64,000 nt of DNA from the human T2T-CHM13v2.0 reference genome, Homo sapiens. Of the stretch, positions 56,370 through 64,000 are shown piece by piece (position 1 is the stretch's first letter; every line of letters begins with the position of its first letter). The position numbers and the translations under genes are program-made. The stretch lies in NCBI RefSeq assembly GCF_009914755.1, contig NC_060930.1, one strand, 5' to 3'. The notes beneath the pieces are model-generated. The model made no database searches. It saw nothing but the letters and a program-made list of their open reading frames with translations, and had not been told where the DNA came from.

Positions 56370-56620
56370 ATTCTAATCAGTAGCTAATTCACATATGTAT
56401 TGAGCATTTATTTTGTGCAAGACCCTGTGAAAAATATACTAGACATAAAATATAAGTAAAACTTGCTTCCTGCCTTCAAGGAACTCACATTTTAGCAGGA
56501 AAGATAAAGAAAATGCATTAACAACCCTAAAGCATGATAGAATATAGTAAGATCAAGGAGTATGATGAGTGTATGGTGAATTATAAGTGGAAAACCTATT
56601 CTGAATCATGCTTTAGGTTG
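56370..56620 (-). mobile_element. L2 3' end
   Basis: catatgtattgagcatttt..tgtgcaagac...cctgccttcaaggaactcaca. Confidence 0.7.
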
Positions 56621-57042
56621 GCACTCCAAAGGCTATGGTCAGGCATGTTAAAGGGTCCAATGATGCAAAAAGAAAGGAAACCTAAGAATTTATCACTGCT
56701 ACTCAAAAGGAATTTCCCAGTCGGATAGATGAATGGAGATTGTACTTAGCTAGTAATAGAAACCCTTACTAGCCTTCCTTTAAAATGCAAAGAATAGGTT
56801 CATTTCATGTAACAAGTTTAATATTTTTCTAATTTCTTAATTATGTTTAATTAACATTTTTATGGCCATTTGAACAAAACTAGAGAAAGTGGTAAAATGA
56901 ACCTATATCCCAATTTTTTAAATGTCTAAGACTTTTACCTCAATTCTTTCAATACACTGTCTACTGTGGTTTTGGAAAGGGAGCAAATCCAGACTATTTT
57001 AAAGCAAATTCAGACAACATGTCATTTTAACTGTTTGAAATG

Positions 57043-58420
57043 TGTGATGGCATTGGGTTGTTTTTCCTGTTGACTTTCCCACTGTTATGAACTGAACTGT
57101 GTACCCACAAAATTATATATGCATGCCCTAACCCCCAGTACCTTAGAATGTGACTGCATTTGGAGATAAGGCTCGAGTGGGTAATTAAGTTTAAATAGAC
57201 AGATGATAAGGATGGCGGCTTAAACTAACATGAGTGATGTCCTTATAAGAAAATGGAGATACTCCAGGGATGCCCAGATAAAAGGCCATGTAAGGACGCA
57301 CAGAGAAGGTGGCCACCTGCAATCCCAGGAGAGAAATCTCAGGAGAAACCAAGCCTGCTGGCACCTTGATCTTGATCTTGGACTTCCAGCCTCCAGAATG
57401 TAAGACAATAAATGTCTGTGTTTTAAAGTTATCCATCCTGTGGTATTTTGTTATGGCAGCCCTGGTATATGAATACCCCTACATTCTGGATATGACATGT
57501 TTCTCTGTGTCCTGTATTTTCTGCTAACTGATTGTGGAAGATGCTGAAGTGACCTCCAAGTGCAGTGATCACCCCGGCTGCCATGAGTAATGGTTGACAA
57601 AGGCTCGTGGTTGTCCCCTTTTCTGGAGAACCACCCAGAACCTGTAGAAGAACCCACTTCACACCTGTTGCCCTAAAGCCAATGACTGCCTGACTTGGGG
57701 GCATAAAACACTGGCCCATTTGACCCATGGGTGGAGTGAAGGCAAGTCTCTGGTGTGATCCAATCCCCAGAGCACCGTGTGTCCAGCCAAGGTGCGGCTG
57801 TGGTTGAGAGTGGCTCACTCAGCTCTTGCCCCTGCCCTGTCTTGCTTCACAACCTCAACTTTTTCCTGAAGAGCAGCCTCTCAATAAGGCACATGCACTG
57901 TGTACTTTATTAGGAACTGCACTCAAATGCAGCTGGTGACAGTGGAAGTCCTAAGACAAAACTCCCAGGCTGCAATTTTAGACTCAGATCCTGGACAGAC
58001 CTGGAAGTAAGGAAGTGTCTGTGCCTGGCAGTAGCTGGAGCATGGACAGCACCTAGCAAGCACCCCTGTAATTATTCAGGTTTCACCTGTTATCATCTGG
58101 AGGCCGATCCACACAGAAGGTGTTTACCAGGAACTATTCACACACCTGCTCTTGGAGTTTCTCTTGTCTTAAAAAAATATATGGGGAAATGAAATTATGA
58201 GGAGTGAGGGTTTGAGTGGATATTGCTAAGAGCTGTGGATTACTTAAAAAGAGTAAGCCACAGGGTCAGAATATTAATTACAATTTACAGCATAATGTGT
58301 AGGTCAGTAAATTTCCTTGATAGTATTTAAATAGATGATCACTCCTGCAGCCAGAGGCAAACAGAGATAAAAACCAAGCAGAGAACCTAATTTTAACAAT
58401 GGAAAAACTCCAAGGGAGGC
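57043..58420 (+). mobile_element. LTR16-like ERVL LTR (to ~57930) plus adjoining internal remnant, split by MLT1B
   Basis: agccaatgactgcctgac..gggggcataaaa; cctgccctgtcttgcttc; ctctcaataagg; then agctggtgacagtggaagtcctaagac. Confidence 0.65.
57083..57477 (+). mobile_element. MLT1B MaLR solo LTR
   Basis: tgttatgaactgaactgtgt...gaatgtgactgcatttggagata...ttgttatggcagccct; TSD cccac/cctac. Confidence 0.88.
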
Positions 58421-58657
58421 TACACTAGTGGTCTTTGATGGCTTCTGTGCTTTCTGGCACAAAAAAGTTTCCAAAGCTTATACTGCCCATAGACCTAGAA
58501 TCAGCCATTGCTCTAAGGAGCCCTCATCTCTTTCAGTGGAAAATGGTATTTCACATCTTCAATCTGGATTTAAGGCTACTCTGAATTTGGATGGGAGTGT
58601 AAGTCCAATGGTCAGACAAAATTAGTTATTTTTTTTAAAAAAGTATTGCTTGTTAAT

Positions 58658-60848
58658 GCAGAAGGGGAAGCAAACACATCCTTTTTCACATGGTAGCAGC
58701 AAGGAGAAGTGCCAAGCACAAGGGGAAAAGCCCCCTATAAAAACATCAGATCTCATGAGAACTCACTCACTATCATGAGAACAGCATGAGGGTAATAGCC
58801 ACCATGATTAAATTACCTCCCACCGGGTCCTTCCCACAACACGTGGGGATTATGGCAACTACAATTCAAGATAAGATTTGGATGGTGACACAGCCAAACC
58901 TTATCATTCCACCCTGGGCCCCTCCCAAATCTCATGCCCTCACATTTTAAAACACAATCATGCCTTCAACAGTCCCCCAAAGTCTTAGCTCATTCCAGCA
59001 TTAACCCAAAAGTCCAACAGCAAAGTGTCATCTGAGACAAGGCAACCCCTTCCGCCTATAAGTCTGTAAAATCAAAAGCAAGTTCATTAGTTCCTAGATA
59101 CAATGTGGATACAGGCATTGGGTAAATATACCTGTTCCAAATGGGAGAAATTGGCCAAAACACAGGTGCTATAGGCCCCATACAAGTTCACAATCCAATA
59201 GGGCAGTCATTAAACCTTAAAGTTCCAAAATGATCTCATTTGACTCCACGTCTCATATCCAGGGCATGATGATGGAAGAAGGGGCTCCCATGATCTTGGG
59301 CAACTCTGCCCCTGTGGCTTTGCAGGGTACAGCCTCCTTCCTGGCTGCTTTCATGGGCTGGCATTGTGTGTCTGTGGCTTTTCCAGATGCACAGTGCAAG
59401 CTGTCAGTGGATCTACTGTTCTGTGGTTTGGAGGATGATGGCCCTCTTTTCACAGCTCCACTAGGCAGTGCCCCAGTGGGGACCCTGTGTCGGCTCTGAC
59501 CCCACATTTCCCTTCCACGTTACTCTAGCAGAAGTTCTCCATGAGGGCTCTGCCCCTGCAGCAAACTTCTGCCTGGACATTCAGGCATTTCCATACATCT
59601 TCTGAAATCTAGAGGGAGGTTCCTAAAACCTCAATTCTTGACTTCTGTGCACCCACAGACTCAACACCACATGCAAGCTGCCAAGGCTTGGGGCTCACAT
59701 CATCTGAAGCAATGGTTGGAACTGTACATTGGCCACTTTTAGCCACAGCAAGAGGTGAAGCAGCTTGGACAGAGGCCATCATGCCCTAAGGCTGCATAGA
59801 GCAGGGGGGCCCTGGACCCAGCGCATTGAATCATTTTTCCCTCCTAGGCCTCCAGGCCTGTGATTGGAGGGGCTGCCATGAAGCTCTCTGACATGCCCTG
59901 GAGACATTTTCCCCATTGTTTTGGTGATTAACACTCTGCTCCTTGTTACTTATGCAAATTTCTGCAGCAGGCTTGAATTTCTCCCCAGAAAAAGGGTTTT
60001 TCTTTTTTTATCATATTTTCAGGCTGCAAATTTCCTGAACTTTTATTATCTGCATCCTCTTGAATGCTTTTTCACTTAGAAATTTCTCCTGTGAGGTACC
60101 CTAAATAATCTCTCTTGAGTTCAATGTTCCACAGATATCTAGGGCAGAGGCAAAATGCCACCAGTCTCTTTGCATAGCAAGAGTGACCTGTACTCCAGTT
60201 CCAAAGTTCCTCATCTCCATCTGGGACCATCTCAGTCTGGACTTCGTTGTCCATATCACTATCAGCATTTTGGTCAAAGCCATTCAAGGAAGTTGAAGTT
60301 CCAGACTTTCCCACGTTTTCCAAATGTGTAATTCCAAATTTTCCCACATTTTCCTATCTTTTTCTGAGCCCTCTGAACTGTTCCAACTTCTGCTTATTAC
60401 TCAGTTCCAAGGTCATTTCCATATTTTTGTGTATCTTTACAGCAGCACTCCACTCTTTGCTGTACCAATTTACTGTACTAGTCCATTCTCATGTTGCTAT
60501 GAAGAGATACCAGAGACTGGGTAATTTATAAAGAAAAGAGATTTAATTGACTCACAGTTCCACAGAGCTGGGGGGGCCTCAGGAAACTTACAATCATGGC
60601 AGAAGGAGAAGCAAACACATCATTTTTCACATGGCAGCAGGAAGGAGAAATGTTGAGCAAAAGGGGGAAAAGTCCCTTATAAAACCATCAGATCTCATAA
60701 GAACTCACTCACTATCATGAGAACAGCATGGAGTTAATCACCTGCATGATTCAATTACCACCCACCAGGTTCCTCCCACTGTACATGGGCATTCTGGGAA
60801 CCACAATTCAAGATGAGATTTGGGTGGATACACAGCCAAACCATATCA
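58658..60848 (-). mobile_element. Near full-length THE1C/D MaLR element: truncated LTR 58658-58906, internal 58907-60473, LTR 60474-60848
   Basis: Two homologous LTRs ending cagccaaacc(t/a)tatca; internal region homologous (antisense) to the MST internal region at 31.7-33.5 kb. Confidence 0.92.
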
Positions 60849-60860
60849 GTATTAAAGTAG

Positions 60861-61473
60861 CATCATTGGGGTAATACTCAAGGATCGTTGTCTCACGCCA
60901 AAGAAATCAGGGACACAGACACACAAGGAGGGAGGTTAGGAACAGAGGTTTAATAGTCATAAGAAAGAGAAAAGCTCTCTCCTACAGAGAGGGGTCCTGA
61001 GTGAGTTTTCTGGTCCATGGCAAATGCAAGGAGTTTTATAGATGAGCTTGAGGAGGCAGTGTCTGATTTACATAGGGTATGAAAGATTGGTCAGTCCAGG
61101 TGTGCCATTTGCATAAGGTGTGAAAAACTGGCCACCCACACCCTAATCTTTTATTATGCAGACTGGTTCTTTACCTGGCCAGTGCCATGTTACCTGTTCC
61201 TTTACTGTGCACATGGTGACAAAGAAAAGGGAAGATGGAGACTCCATGTTGAACACACCTGGCCCCCATGTAGCCCTTTTCTATTGGCACAGCTACCAGC
61301 ATTCACCCTTGCAAGCTTCCAGCTTTCTTATCTATGTCTGCAGCGTGATTTTTCAGGCTGCTCTTGTTAAAAAAGAAATATTTGAGAGGCTGCTTTTTGC
61401 TAAAAGGGAAATTCTGCCAAGGACTCTTTTACCCTCACTATCTGCCTAAATATTTTTTCTATTTCCTGTATCA
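60861..61473 (-). mobile_element. ERV1 solo LTR (LTR9-like)
   Basis: gcaagcttccagc..tctatgtctgcagc...ccctcactatctgcctaaa...tcctgtatca; TSD gtag/gtat. Confidence 0.82.
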
Positions 61474-62892
61474 GTATCATATCAAATGACTTCCAATACC
61501 TACATAAACTTAAAAGCATAATTAAATTGGAAAACCCAGAAATGTATCCCTTATAAATCTTTCATCAAATATTTAAAACTCTATGTATCCATGGCAAATC
61601 AATTTCAAGAATTAAATAATGAAAGGTGCAAGAGATGCAATGATATAAACCAAAGTAACAGGATGGAAAACATAGGCATTCTATTTACAGTTCATATGTG
61701 ATAAAATATTGTCCTTAATCAAATTCTTTGTTGACCATGTACTACTTCTAGTATTTTCTTTACAATTTGTACAAAAATATTCATAGTGTTCAATGTATTA
61801 AGGACCACCTCACAGTGAAAGAGAAGGAAATATAAATTATAAAACTCAGTGTTGAAAGAAAACTTAGAAATGAACTACCATGACTGTGTGGTCCATGGTC
61901 CTAATTACACATGGGGCTTACTACAGAGGTTACAGGGAGTTCACAATATTATCCCCTACACCCAACTTTGCACTAGAACAACTTAAAATCACAATGCATG
62001 AGAAAAAAATATGTGTATTTTAAAAACATGACAGAACATAAAATATGAAAGCATATGAAATTAGTTCTGGTAAAATGCAAATCACTATTCCATTGGCTCT
62101 GCAAAGGTATAAAATTTATAAATATTATTATTAAGATAGAAAATATCCATAAAGAAAAATTAAAGGTGTAAACCTGTGGACGAATGCCCCACTATCACAG
62201 CGGATGTGCCCCCAGTGCCAACTCCTTGTAACTCCACTGGCAAAACCACATTATTTATCAAGATGCCGAAGAGTTTGTCTCCCAACGGTCACCTATCCTT
62301 CGCTTCAATATTTGTTGAACCCTTTATTTGTTGGGTACAACTAATTCTTTCTTCTAATGGTCTTTCTCAACATAGCCCCACCCAAACCTCCTCATTCCCC
62401 ACCCCATCTCTCTACCACCAGCTTAGCACTGTGGACGTAACCATCTGCCATTTCAAGATATAGACTTATTTTTCTTAACAAACTTTATTTTTGATCACAT
62501 GTTTAAAGTTTATTCACAGTTCAATTTATTCCTTTTTGTGAAAAAAATACATAATTTGTCAAATTAAGTTGTATTAAGTTATTTCTTAGTTACAGCTCTA
62601 CTTAGCACTTTTAGTCTTCATCTTTCTTTTAACTATAAGTAACTCACAACTCTCAATGTGTTTATGGCCAGAAGTCAAGATACTTTTTAGATTTCTTAAC
62701 TAAAGCTAGAAGACTGACAATGAAGTTCAATCCTGGATCAATGTCCAGCAACATCATATAACAGGAGGAAAACCTTGGGACACTGACTCCAGCTAAAGTT
62801 TAAAAGACAAAAACCAAGACTTTAATATCCTAAAATTAAAGTAATGACACTCAATTTAAGGACACAACTTAGTAGACATGGGTGGGTTGACT

Positions 62893-62975
62893 ATGTGTGT
62901 GTGTACATGTGTGTATGTGTGTGTACATGTGTGTATGTGTGTGTGTACCTGTGTGTATGCATGTGTGTATATGTA
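62893..62975. repeat. Degenerate (TG)n repeat
   Basis: Directly visible. Confidence 0.9.
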
Positions 62976-63442
62976 CTTATGAGACAAAAGTACTCAAAAT
63001 GTACAAAAATATCTATGTACGCAACTGGATTTCTGTTGTAGATAATGATCAAATATTGATGTAGGAAAGAGCTATTAATAAATTATTGATTTAGATGAGT
63101 AAGTTTATTGTATGTGGGTTTATTTCAAGGTGAATTTTCTTAGGATTTAATTTCCTAATGAGAGGCGTAAGACATTCAAGCAATAGCTGGATTTCACACT
63201 TATTAAGAAATCCAATGTGTATAAAATGCATATATAATAAATTATACATACTAACAGATGCTAATGAGAGAAACCAACACACCTGTTGTGTAAACAAACA
63301 ATTTGCATTAGGAAATGAACCTCTGTGAAACATCTGTACTGGGTGGGTGATTGAGCAAAGGAACAGAAAAATTCACATGATTTTATTGCTCCTGGTTTCA
63401 TCACTCTATTCTGAATTCCTGATGCTTTTTCTAGCTTAAGCT

Positions 63443-64000
63443 TATTCATCAAAGATTTGATAAGGTCCTACTATATGCTTTACTGTATTAAGTGCTTTGA
63501 GGAAAATCCATATGAAAATTAGGTCCCTTCCCTCAAGAAGACTTCTACAAGTTGCAATAATCCAAGGCAAATGCAATATGTGATACAGTGGAAGTACGTA
63601 CAAAATACTAAGAATATAAATGCAGAGAGAGTGATATCAAAGGCATTCTATGAAGCTTAATATAGGCAGATTCACTGTGATAGGGGGATTAAGGAGGGTT
63701 TCCAGAAAGATTTTACGTGGAGTGAGTTCTTCAAGCTCAGACAGGATTGGAGGAAAGGATACTGCAGATAAAAAGGCAGAAAGAGCAAAATTATAGATCA
63801 TGTTTAGGGAATGAAAAATGTTGCAGTATTACAGGCTTTTTTATGTTTATCTGTACCCTATATTTTTTTGTCATGAAATATTTCGCTTTCTGAATGTGTT
63901 TAGAAACTAGGGACTGTGGATTAAGGTTTTAATAAGGAATGAAACAGCAGAGGCCAGACTGTGAAAGACGGCAAAGGAAATCCGGGTAAGATAATTTATT
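63443..64000 (-). mobile_element. L2 3' region
   Basis: tattcatcaaagatttgataaggtcctactatatgc...ggtcccttccctcaagaag. Confidence 0.6.

Overview
Primate (human-like) genomic DNA, AT-rich and dominated by repeats: AluS/AluY, a young L1PA, old L1M/L2/MIR, many MaLR/ERV1/ERVL LTRs and hAT/TcMar DNA transposons. I found no intact protein-coding exon, RNA gene, CpG island or CRISPR array. The long ORFs in the track come from L1 ORF2, Alu, LTR or simple repeats. The main non-repeat feature is not in the ORF track: a decayed, intronless KRAB C2H2 zinc-finger pseudogene on the minus strand (~13.2-15.6 kb). It appears chimeric, with KRAB-A + KRAB-B of one ZNF clade followed by a second KRAB-B and a zinc-finger exon of another clade. 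Its 5' UTR is split by an LTR8A, which itself contains a THE1B. Other notable structures: a twin-primed (5'-inverted) L1PA2/3 nested in LTR47 nested in MIR; locally templated insertions inside an old L1MA; a palindromic 24-bp minisatellite that grew inside an Alu target-site duplication; and a near-perfect 170-bp tandem duplication inside an old MST element. Repeat subfamily names and ZNF paralogue names come from my recollection of consensus and protein sequences, not from a database search. Boundaries of old elements are approximate.
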